This document shows, in pieces, positions 47,231-55,924 of a stretch of DNA of 64,000 bases; positions within the stretch are counted from its first letter, which is position 1; the number at the start of each line of letters is the position of its first letter. The translations under genes and the position numbers were made by a program. The notes beneath the pieces are model-generated. The model did not search any database. It had not been told where the DNA came from and saw only the letters and a program-made list of their open reading frames with translations. Location: contig CP120461.1 of NCBI GenBank assembly GCA_034226945.1, positions 62,001 to 126,000 on the forward strand. Direction: 5' to 3'. Source of the stretch: Picochlorum sp. SENEW3. Its lineage: Eukaryota.

Positions 47231-48355
47231 ATGAGATTGTTGAGAATGGTAAGACGACTTGTTGTCGTCGGAACGTCTGCCAGGCAGGGGCCGAGCTCTC
47301 TGTTGGCACAACGACCCAGTGGTCTGGTTGCCATGCGCAGTAGCAGTAGTAGTAGCCATGATGTCGTTATGGCTGAGAAGAAGAAGAATCGAGAGAAGAG
47401 GCTGATCTTGACGGATGCGATGGCGTTGCTGTATCGATCGCATTTCGCATTTCCCCATTCCAACAACCATCGATTGACGACGACCAAGGGGCGGGATACG
47501 ACGGTGGAGTTTGGGTTTCTCTCTACTTTATTGTCTTTATTAGAATTAATGCCTCATCCGACGCATATGGCTGTGGTGTTTGATGCATCGGGGAAGACGT
47601 TTCGGCACGAACTGTATCAGGGGTACAAGGGGCAGAGGCCTCCTGCTCCGGAGGAGGTGGTGGATGCGATTCCTGTAGTGCTGGAGGTGCTCAAAGCGAT
47701 GAATGTGACGAGTGTGCGGGTGCCGGGGGTGGAGGCGGATGATGTGATTGGGACGCTGGCGAGGAGGGCGGTGGAGGAGGAGAATATGACGGTGGCTGTG
47801 GCATCACCTGATAAGGATTTTTTCCAGTTGCTTCGGCCCGGGTTGATTCTGTTGCGTCCACCGAAGAAGAATCAGTACTATGATGCGAGTCAAAAGTATT
47901 CTCTTGTTCCGTATACAGAGGATGATTTTGTGGAGGAATGGCAGGGTCTGGTTCCCAGTCAGTTTGTTGATGTGTTGGCGCTGATGGGGGATTCCTCGGA
48001 TAATGTGCCTGGTGTGCCTGGGATTGGTCCAAAGATGGCAGTGTCGTTGTTGAAGCAGTTTGGTACGTTGGAAGAGGTGTTGGTACGGCGGGATGAGGCT
48101 ACACCCAAACGGGCAGCCACAGCATTGGCAACGGATGATGCCGTGGCTGCGGCGCGGTTGAGCAAGCAGTTGGTCGAGTTGAGGACGGATGTGGATGTGC
48201 CTGCGACGAATATAGATATAGATGCGGCGTTGAGGCTGACCGTGCCTGAGGATGGTGGGAGAGAGGTGTGGCGGTTGTTTAGAGAATTGGAATTTGCAAG
48301 CCATGAGAAACGGCTTCGAGCTTTATGGAATACTGATTCTTACACGTTTATGTAA
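47231..48355 (+). CDS. Organellar 5'-3' exonuclease (Pol I N-terminal/FEN-like)
   Basis: D.MALLYRSHF, VVFDA.GKTFRHELY..YK..R, EADDVIGTLA, SPDKDF.QL, LMGDSSDNVPGVPGIGPK. Confidence 0.92.
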   Translation: MRLLRMVRRLVVVGTSARQGPSSLLAQRPSGLVAMRSSSSSSHDVVMAEKKKNREKRLILTDAMALLYRSHFAFPHSNNHRLTTTKGRDTTVEFGFLSTLLSLLELMPHPTHMAVVFDASGKTFRHELYQGYKGQRPPAPEEVVDAIPVVLEVLKAMNVTSVRVPGVEADDVIGTLARRAVEEENMTVAVASPDKDFFQLLRPGLILLRPPKKNQYYDASQKYSLVPYTEDDFVEEWQGLVPSQFVDVLALMGDSSDNVPGVPGIGPKMAVSLLKQFGTLEEVLVRRDEATPKRAATALATDDAVAAARLSKQLVELRTDVDVPATNIDIDAALRLTVPEDGGREVWRLFRELEFASHEKRLRALWNTDSYTFM

Positions 48356-48357
48356 CA

Positions 48358-50660
48358 CTATTGAATCATGCGGTCTTGTTTGGCTTTGCCATCTGGGATG
48401 TCAAAGAGGATGACTGGGTTGTCGGGGGAAATGTCTGCTGGGACGCTGTCGACAATGTAGTATCCTTTTCGTTCCAGTTGGAGAATGTCTCCCTTCTTGA
48501 GATCTCTCATATTGACGTCTCCAAGAGCCTGTATGACGTGTTTCGAATTTCTGTTGACGCAATCTTCGAATGTGTCATCCTCTTCCAGCTTTTTCTTGGT
48601 GATGAGGTATCCATAGTGCTCCAGTTGGAGAGGGCAGACGTCGCTGGTGTCCGCCAACCATGTCAGCTTGAGCTTGGTCTTTTTAAAATCTCCCTGAAGA
48701 TGTAAGCGTGCGTCGATGGAGGTGATGGTATCGTTCTCGCGATGAATGGTGTTGATGATGGCATTACCCCATCCCATGAGGGTGACTTCCTCACCCTCAG
48801 AGAGAAGGCATGCATCGTCGTAATCGATCAGAATTCTATCGGTACGGATCTGTTTCTTCATTCCTGCGGGTGGATATTTCAAATGTTTGGGTACCTCTAC
48901 TGTCTCTGCGGCTGCTCCGGAGAGGGAGACTGTCACCCTGTCCTTCTTGATGACGGCAGTGTGCCTGGGGCAGACTGGGTCGATGTATTTTTTATTCATC
49001 GCCCAAATCTTATCCCATTCTTGATATGTGATATTCTTTGATGCACCCTGCGTGAGCATGAATTCTCTTAATGCCTCAATCTGAAGTCCTCGTCGCAGGA
49101 TGCCCTGAACTGTTGGCATTCGTGGGTCATCCCATCCATCCACAATTCCCTCGGTGACAAACCATGTCAGTTTTCTTTTGGATAAGACGGTGTACACAAA
49201 TGATATACGAGCGTAATCCCACATTGTCACGTGTGGCAATTCTGGCCAGACGCTCTGCTGCAGTTTGAGAATCATGTAAAACTGCGCCTCTCTATCCCTG
49301 TATTCGGACGTACGAAGGGCATGCGTCACGCCTTCGTATGCATCTACAAATGGACAGGCAAAATCGTAGGTTGGATAACACTTGTATGTATATCCTGTTC
49401 GCCAGTGATGACCATCATTGCATCTGAAACAGACTGGGTCACGCAGTGCCTTGTTGGGGTTGGACATGTCCAATTTGACTCGAAGACAGTTGGCGACTCC
49501 TTCCTCGGAACCAGCAATCATTTCTTTAAAGATGCGTTGAGTCTCCTCGATTGGTCTGTTGCGCCGTTTGCTTTCTACACCGTGCATGCGCTCCTCTCTC
49601 ATCTGCTCAACTGGGGTGTCATCGGCGTACAACAGCCCAGCTTTGATCATTCTATCAGCGCACTCAAAGAGTTGTGGAAAATAATCCGACGTATATGTAA
49701 TCTTCTGGTACCGAAGTTTGAGGCGTTTGCAATCCTCAATGATATTCTCCACAAATTCATCCTTCTCTTTGGATGGGTTGGTGTCATCAAATCGCATCCT
49801 CATGACCCCATGGTATCTGTCAGCAATCTCTTGATTGATCAACGCAGCCTTCGCATGCCCAATATGAAGGTATCCAGAGGGTTCCGGAGGGAAACGTGTC
49901 ACCACAGCCCCATCCACAATATTTGGCAATTTGATAGCAAATGGGTCCCCTGCATCTCCTTTGGTAACCTTGACGCCCTTTGATTTCTCAGCCTTTTTCT
50001 TTTTAGGAGCATATGTTTCCGCGAGAGCTTTCATCGCTGGAAGAGAGTCGATATGGCTGAACCATCTGTCCACGTGATGGTATGTCTGGCGCATCCTCTG
50101 TGCCTGAGGGGCAGCCATGAGCTGCCCCCAGATGGCAATATCGGCAAGTGTCAACTCATGACCGACAAAATACGTTCTGCAAGACAAATACACATCCATA
50201 GATGCACATGCAGCATCCAAACCTGTACCAGGGACAACGTGCTTCTCAGCAAAATCCAGAAACGAGTCAATCTGACAGGCAGCCAGTGGGCTCCTCCCGT
50301 ACAGCCCTGTCTCCGCTACGATCCCACTCGATCGAGCAATGTATTTCATACAGGAACACAGTCCCTCCAAGACCTCTCCACTGCACACCAAACCGTATCG
50401 ATGTTATCCATGTTCCTATTGGCAATATACGAAGAAGAATGTCCTCAGCATGTCAGTCACGTGAGAAAGGTTGCTCGAGCAGCGGCAAAGGCACCATACC
50501 TGGCATCGAAACGGAATTCAATCGTTTTCTTCAGTTTTTCATCTTCCTTTTTGGCAAGATCCAGGTGCAATACGTCAGCTGCCGCCAAAATGCCACATGG
50601 AGGAGCATCTTTGGGATGACACAATACACCACCAATGGTGGCCTTCTCCTTGGTTGCCAT
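48358..50660 (-). CDS. Cytosolic glutamyl-tRNA synthetase with GST-like N-terminus; one intron
   Basis: TRFPPEPSGYLHIGHAK, RFDDTNP, THALRT.EY, LSKRKL, WDDPR.PT, QLERKGY. Confidence 0.95.
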
Positions 50661-50854
50661 ATTTTTATCTACTATAATGTGATGACAATGACTGAATGTG
50701 ACTGTGTGGCCTTGTATCTGTCAAAAATCGTCGAGTTTTTATTTCATTAATTACGGTGAAAATTTTGCACTCGATTCATCAGTTATAGGAAACTGCCCAC
50801 TTTATAGTGGAAAAAGTGACAAATTTTGTCAAAAAGAGTGCAAAATGTATAGGG

Positions 50855-51058
50855 GTCAAGCACCACGACTTTGCCGCCCATGACCGCCTCGGGCCGTGTC
50901 ATGATATCTCGAAGGCATCAATCCAAGGCATCGAGCTGCCACTTGTTCATCGCCGAGGCCTCGTCCAAGACAATCAGCCCCCTTTGCGCAGCAGGCCAGC
51001 TTCATGCGACTCCCTGGCAGTGCTGCAGATCAGCTGCTCGCCTTCGAAGTTGGTATTG
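50855..51058 (-). pseudogene. Helitron-type PIF1 helicase fragment with frameshift and stop
   Basis: Minus strand reads CSTARESHEAGLLRK/[frameshift]/LIVLDEASAMNKWQLDALD*CLRDIMTRPEAVMGGKVVVLD, i.e. PIF1 Walker B through the GGK-motif III region; stop at 50918-50920. Confidence 0.75.
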
Positions 51059-51065
51059 TGTAGGG

Positions 51066-51863
51066 TTACAAAAATGATGTTACGGCAATGATGACTTCAG
51101 CAGTTATGGCTACTGCTGTCGCAGTTGCTTCAGCAACCACTCCAGCGACTTCAAGTGCGCTAGGTGTCTGCTCCTCCACTGCGGCGCTAGCTTGGCCCTC
51201 TGTTGCCAAGCGTTCTCCCTCTGCCAGTGCCTGCTCCTCGGGCGTCAGCATTAGTCGACGCCTCCTACTCCCTCCTGCTGCAGTAGATGTGGTATTCACA
51301 AGAGACAACCCGTCTTGGTTGATTTCAAACACCTCTCCCGATGTCGTGGTCACCACGGCAGCCTCACCCGGAAGCACTTGGGCAGACGCCACGTTGTACA
51401 CAGTCACTGCCGTGTCCCCATCACTGGTGTTGGTCGTCACCGTCAGGCGTTCCACCCCCAACAGTTCACGAAGACTCGACATCTCGTACAACATGCGACC
51501 ATCTCTCACCCTCACAACCGATCCAACCGCCACTGGCTGCCCAGTCGACCTGCTCACCATGATCCCATTGTCATTGCCAACCACGCTGTCCAATTTCACC
51601 ACCATGTAGATGGACCCCGCGAATGCGGCCAGGAGCACCACCAGCGCCACAAGGAGCTGCATGACGATGGATCGGGTCAGCTTTCGGTCGTCCGCCGCAC
51701 GCTTCTCGTCCACCAACAGCCCAACCACGGCGTCCACAGACACCTGGCCCTCGCTGCCCGCAGACTCCTGCAGGCGACGCCCCACGTCACGGGGCATGGT
51801 CCTGCACTGCAGTAGGTCATCCAAAGAAACCTTGCCACCGTGTGGAAGATCAGTGTTCATCAT
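51066..51863 (-). CDS. Type II membrane precursor 'A1': EF-hand-like N-terminus, TM, beta-rich domain, RRRRL, hydrophobic tail
   Basis: Intronless GC-rich ORF; paralog of A2, B1 and B2. Confidence 0.75.
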   Translation of the reverse strand: MMNTDLPHGGKVSLDDLLQCRTMPRDVGRRLQESAGSEGQVSVDAVVGLLVDEKRAADDRKLTRSIVMQLLVALVVLLAAFAGSIYMVVKLDSVVGNDNGIMVSRSTGQPVAVGSVVRVRDGRMLYEMSSLRELLGVERLTVTTNTSDGDTAVTVYNVASAQVLPGEAAVVTTTSGEVFEINQDGLSLVNTTSTAAGGSRRRRLMLTPEEQALAEGERLATEGQASAAVEEQTPSALEVAGVVAEATATAVAITAEVIIAVTSFL

Positions 51864-52106
51864 ATTTTGCAGCACGACAAATAACCGGGCGTTGGAGAGA
51901 AACTGGCAACACCGCGAGATGGGACGTCGAAGAGGAATACGCAGCGATACCTTATTGTTATGCCACGGACGGTGCACGCCCTAGATATATGTATATGTAA
52001 ATGTATACCCGAACCAGATCGATGTCACCGAAGACGAATTTGGGAGTGCCTGGGTGGCAGACACCCCCATGGTTGCTTTAAAGCAGAGAAATTTCTCCAA
52101 CCCGGG

Positions 52107-52145
52107 CCGCGGGGCCCCGCGGACTGCGCGCAGTCTGCATGCAGA
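52107..52145. promoter_or_regulatory. Three chained palindromes in the divergent A1/B1 intergenic region
   Basis: CCGCGGGGCCCCGCGG (52107-52122), GACTGCGCGCAGTC (52122-52135), TCTGCATGCAGA (52134-52145); identical copy at 54947-54985. Confidence 0.45.
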
Positions 52146-52307
52146 TTGGAATCTACAACGTCGGCGTCACAAAAAAAAATACAATTGCCAACAATCTGTT
52201 TCTTTCATACTCACGTACATACAATCTCTTTCGCACCGCAAAGCAGAGTCGTGGTGTTTCTGTGAGGGCCATTCGACGAGGGAAGGAGAAGAAGAAGAAC
52301 ACACGGC

Positions 52308-53051
52308 ATGAGCAACGTAAAACAGGCGGACGTAGTGAGCCACGTGGCCCTGGCAGACGTGTTGGAGTGCAGGACGCTGCCTCGGTCTGTGGCCGCGAAC
52401 CTGGAAAAGGTCGCCGGCCGCGACGGCCAGGTGTCTGTGGACGCCCTGGTGGAGATGGTGGTGACGGACCACGAGTCCGGAGGGAACCGCAAGGTTCTGC
52501 GCCGTTCGGTCCTGGGCATTACGATTGCCATGGTGTGCCTGTCTGCGGTGGTGTGCGGGCTTGTATTTGGCTCGGTCCACCTGACCACCCAGATGCAGGT
52601 GCAGGACGGGGTGCTGCACGCTCGCGACAGCGCTGACACTGTGATGCATTCGGGGACAACGGTGGCTGCGTTCAGTCCTTCAGACCTCAAGACTGTTGAC
52701 AATCTCCAGATGAGTTCGATGCAAACTCTGCTATTTTCTGAGGAGGATGGCACCATGCACATGTACCGGGTATCTTCGGTGTCTTCACGTCCCGATGGGG
52801 AATTCGAGGTGGTGGCCACGTCGGGCGAGGAATTTGTGGTGTCCGCCGAGGGGACCATTCAGGTGATCAACAACGGATCTTCATCCGGGGGGCGGCGACG
52901 ATTGCAACAGTCTCTTGGGTCTCCCCTCCCAATCGAGACTCTCTGGATGCTTGGAAAATCTCTTTTTCAATTGCTTACTGATGCTAAAGAACAGACGAGG
53001 GGCGATCCCCCCCCCGCGTCAAGACCTTGTTTTACATGCTCAGAGTTTTGA
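52308..53051 (+). CDS. Type II membrane precursor 'B1': EF-hand-like N-terminus, TM, beta-rich domain, RRRL, amphipathic tail with Cys pair
   Basis: Intronless GC-rich ORF, divergent from A1; shares L..CRT.PR.V...L...AG..GQVSVDA, T.SGE.F and GG.RRRL with A. Confidence 0.75.
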   Translation: MSNVKQADVVSHVALADVLECRTLPRSVAANLEKVAGRDGQVSVDALVEMVVTDHESGGNRKVLRRSVLGITIAMVCLSAVVCGLVFGSVHLTTQMQVQDGVLHARDSADTVMHSGTTVAAFSPSDLKTVDNLQMSSMQTLLFSEEDGTMHMYRVSSVSSRPDGEFEVVATSGEEFVVSAEGTIQVINNGSSSGGRRRLQQSLGSPLPIETLWMLGKSLFQLLTDAKEQTRGDPPPASRPCFTCSEF

Positions 53052-53054
53052 CAA

Positions 53055-53160
53055 GTATGCGCATATTGCTCCAAGAGAGCTTGCTCATGAGGCAGGATAT
53101 GATGCATTCATGACTGGCACGGTGTTTGCTTGCCTGGTTGCCCATGCCTCTGACATTGCC
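53055..53160 (+). pseudogene. Fragment of a PARN/CAF1-family deadenylase
   Basis: LAHEAGYDAFMTGTVF matches the PARN ExoIII HEAGYDA motif; no start codon and no rest of the gene. Confidence 0.65.
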
Positions 53161-53498
53161 GAGACCAGCAGTTCAGAAGAAGAGGACGGCCAATTGTGCC
53201 TCGTGTAATGGTTCAGCTACGGCGATATAACCGGGTGCTGATGAACAGACGAGAAACGACAGTGTGGGTGTAGGTATTTGACCATTACATTGTCCGCATC
53301 ACCCAGTATTGATGCCAGGTACAGAACTGATGGATCAAAATAAGGCGACTCCTTTAGACGAGCTCTATCGCATGGTGGCATCAGACAGTGCAGATTCTTC
53401 ACTGGTGAGGAGATATACGACATTCTATTTTTTGGGGCACACCTTCGTGAAATCCGTTCGCTCGGGGACGGGAACCACGGAATCAATTAAGAGCGGCC

Positions 53499-53540
53499 TT
53501 ACAAAATTCGGCTTAAATCTGGCCTGCTTTAGCCCTCATT
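53499..53540 (+). repeat. 42-bp dispersed repeat, second copy at 56831-56872
   Basis: TTACAAAATTCGG(C/T)TTAAATCTGGCCTG(C/T)TTTAGCCCTCATT, 40/42 identical. Confidence 0.9.
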
Positions 53541-53917
53541 GTGCGGGGCGGCGATCTGACGTGGGCGGTTTCACCGTGTGAAGTGTCCACGAGACAATTG
53601 CTTGACCAACCATCATTGACGGCCAATACATTGAATGTCTGAAATTCAAGACATCGATACATGATAAACGCAAATAGAGCGATGTTTGATAGACTTTTTG
53701 TCTTAACGATTTCTTATAATTATTTATAATTTCTCATGGAGACATGGATACCTAATCATGCAGCTGTGGTGCAGACATGCATTCAATTTTGGGTGATACA
53801 TACATGCAGCGAGAGACATGGGGCGAGCATTCAATGATTTGCCGCCCCTCAGAGACTAAATAATTGAATGAACAATTGGGTCGCTGCGCTATCGCAATGG
53901 GTTGCGCTTTACTAAAG

Positions 53918-54703
53918 TTACAATAAGCCAATTACGACGATGACTGCTTCAGCAACCGTGACTGCTCCTGCAACCACACCAGCAACAGTAAGTGCATCTT
54001 TGTCATCTTGCTCCTGCACTGCGGCGCTAGCTTGGCCCTCTATTGCCAAGCGTTCTCCCTCTGCCAGTGCCTGCTCCTCGGGCGTCAGCATCAGTCGACG
54101 CCTCCTACTCCCTCCTGCTGCAGTAGATGTGGTATTCACAAGAGACAACCCGTCTTGGTTGATTTCAAACACCTCTCCCGATGTCGTGGTCACCACGGCA
54201 GCCTCACCCGGAAGCACTTGGGCAGACGCCACGTTGTACACAGTCACTGCCGTGTCCCCATCACTGGTGTTGGTCGTCACCGTCAGGCGTTCCACCCCCA
54301 ACAGTTCACGAAGACTCGACATCTCGTACAACATGCGACCATCTCTCACCCTCACAACCGATCCAACCGCCACTGGCTGCCCAGTCGACCTGCTCACCAT
54401 GATCCCATTGTCATTGCCAACCACGCTGTCCAATTTCACCACCATGTAGATGGACCCCGCGAATGCGGCCAGGAGCACCACCAGCGCCACAAGGAGCTGC
54501 ATGACGATGGATCGGGTCAGCTTTCGGTCGTCCGCCGCACGCTTCTCGTCCACCAACAGCCCAACCACGGCGTCCACAGACACCTGGCCCTCGCTGCCCG
54601 CAGACTCCTGCAGGCGACGCCCCACGTCACGGGGCATGGTCCTGCACTGCAGCAGGTCATCCAGAGACACCTTGCCACCGTGTGGAAGATCAGTGGTCAT
54701 CAT
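53918..54703 (-). CDS. Type II membrane precursor 'A2', duplicate of A1 with a different tail
   Basis: Near-identical to A1 up to ...GQASAAV; tail QEQDDKDALTVAGVVAGAVTVAEAVIVVIGLL. Confidence 0.75.
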   Translation of the reverse strand: MMTTDLPHGGKVSLDDLLQCRTMPRDVGRRLQESAGSEGQVSVDAVVGLLVDEKRAADDRKLTRSIVMQLLVALVVLLAAFAGSIYMVVKLDSVVGNDNGIMVSRSTGQPVAVGSVVRVRDGRMLYEMSSLRELLGVERLTVTTNTSDGDTAVTVYNVASAQVLPGEAAVVTTTSGEVFEINQDGLSLVNTTSTAAGGSRRRRLMLTPEEQALAEGERLAIEGQASAAVQEQDDKDALTVAGVVAGAVTVAEAVIVVIGLL

Positions 54704-55187
54704 ATTTTGCAGCACGACAAATAACCGGGCGTCGGAGAGAAACTGGCAACACCGCGAGATGGGACGTCGAAGAGGAATACGCAGCGATACCTTATTGTTA
54801 TGCCACGGACGGTGCACGCCCTAGATATATGTATATATAAGTGTATACCCGAACTAGATCGATGTCACCGAAGACGAATTTGGGAGTGCCTAGGTGGTAG
54901 ACACCCCCATGGTTGCTTTAAAGCAGGGAAATTTCTCCAACCCGGGCCGCGGGGCCCCGCGGACTGCGCGCAGTCTGCATGCAGATTGGAATCTACAACG
55001 TTGGCGTCACAAGACCCTCCCTCGACCAGGGCATCCTGTCACAAACAAAACAATTGCCAAGAATCTGTTTCTTTCATACTCACATACATATAATCTCTTT
55101 CGCACCGCAAACCAGAGTCGTGGTGTTTCTGTGAGGGCTGCCGTTTGCGACAAGTCGACGAGGGAAGGAGAAGAAGAAGAATACGGC

Positions 55188-55922
55188 ATGAGCAACGTAA
55201 AACAGGCGGACGTAGTGAGCCACGTGGCCCTGGCAGACGTGTTGGAGTGCAGGACGCTGCCTCGGTCTGTGGCCGCGAACCTGGAAAAAGCTGCAGGCCG
55301 CGACGGCCAGGTGTCTGTGGACGCCCTGGTGGAGATGGTGGTGACGGACCACGAGTCCGGAGGGAACCGCAAGGTTCTGCGCCGTTCGGTCCTGGGCATT
55401 ACGATTGCCATGGTGTGCCTGTCTGCGGTGGTGTGCGGGCTTGTATTTGGCTCGGTCCACCTGACCACCCAGATGCAGGTGCAGGACGGGGTGCTGCACG
55501 CTCGCGACAGCGCTGACACTGTGATGCATTCGGGGACAACGGTGGCTGCGTTCAGTCCTTCAGACCTCAAGACTGTTGACAATCTCCAGATGAGTTCGAT
55601 GCAAACTCTGCTATTTTCTGAGGAGGATGGCACCATGCACATGTACCGGGTATCTTCGGTGTCTTCACGTCCCGATGGGGAATTCGAGGTGGTGGCCACG
55701 TCGGGCGAGGAATTTGTGGTGTCCGCCGAGGGGACCATTCAGGTGGTTAATAATGGGCCTTCATCCGGGGGGCGGCGACGATTGCAACAGTCTCTTCCCC
55801 TCCCAATCGAGACTCTCTGGATGCTTGGAAAATCTCTTAATCAGTTGCTTACTGATGCTGATGAACAGACGAGGGGCGATCCCCCCCCCGCCCCGTGTAT
55901 CCCAAATCTCTTGGGCTGTTGA
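55188..55922 (+). CDS. Type II membrane precursor 'B2', duplicate of B1 with a different tail
   Basis: Three substitutions versus B1 before RRRL; tail ends GDPPPAPCIPNLLGC. Confidence 0.75.
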   Translation: MSNVKQADVVSHVALADVLECRTLPRSVAANLEKAAGRDGQVSVDALVEMVVTDHESGGNRKVLRRSVLGITIAMVCLSAVVCGLVFGSVHLTTQMQVQDGVLHARDSADTVMHSGTTVAAFSPSDLKTVDNLQMSSMQTLLFSEEDGTMHMYRVSSVSSRPDGEFEVVATSGEEFVVSAEGTIQVVNNGPSSGGRRRLQQSLPLPIETLWMLGKSLNQLLTDADEQTRGDPPPAPCIPNLLGC

Positions 55923-55924
55923 GG

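Larger units (their letters stand above)
51178..55891. repeat. Tandem duplication of a ~1.85-kb A/B module (51178-53016 and 54018-55891)
   Basis: Near-identical sequence at offset 2840, rising to 2880 after intergenic indels. Confidence 0.95.

Noticed and set aside
51864..51977. Upstream extension MHRPWHNNK... of gene A, and the 54894 extension of B2
   Set aside because: Non-ATG starts or not open in the other copy; alignment of A with B supports starts at MM(N/T)TDL and MSNVKQ.
53217..53490. ORFs downstream of the PARN fragment (TPLDELYRMV...)
   Set aside because: Might be more scrambled PARN sequence, but the similarity is too weak to call by eye.
51088..55738. Many long antisense and alternative-frame ORFs over genes A and B
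   Set aside because: Expected from GC-rich, stop-poor coding DNA; no motifs of their own.
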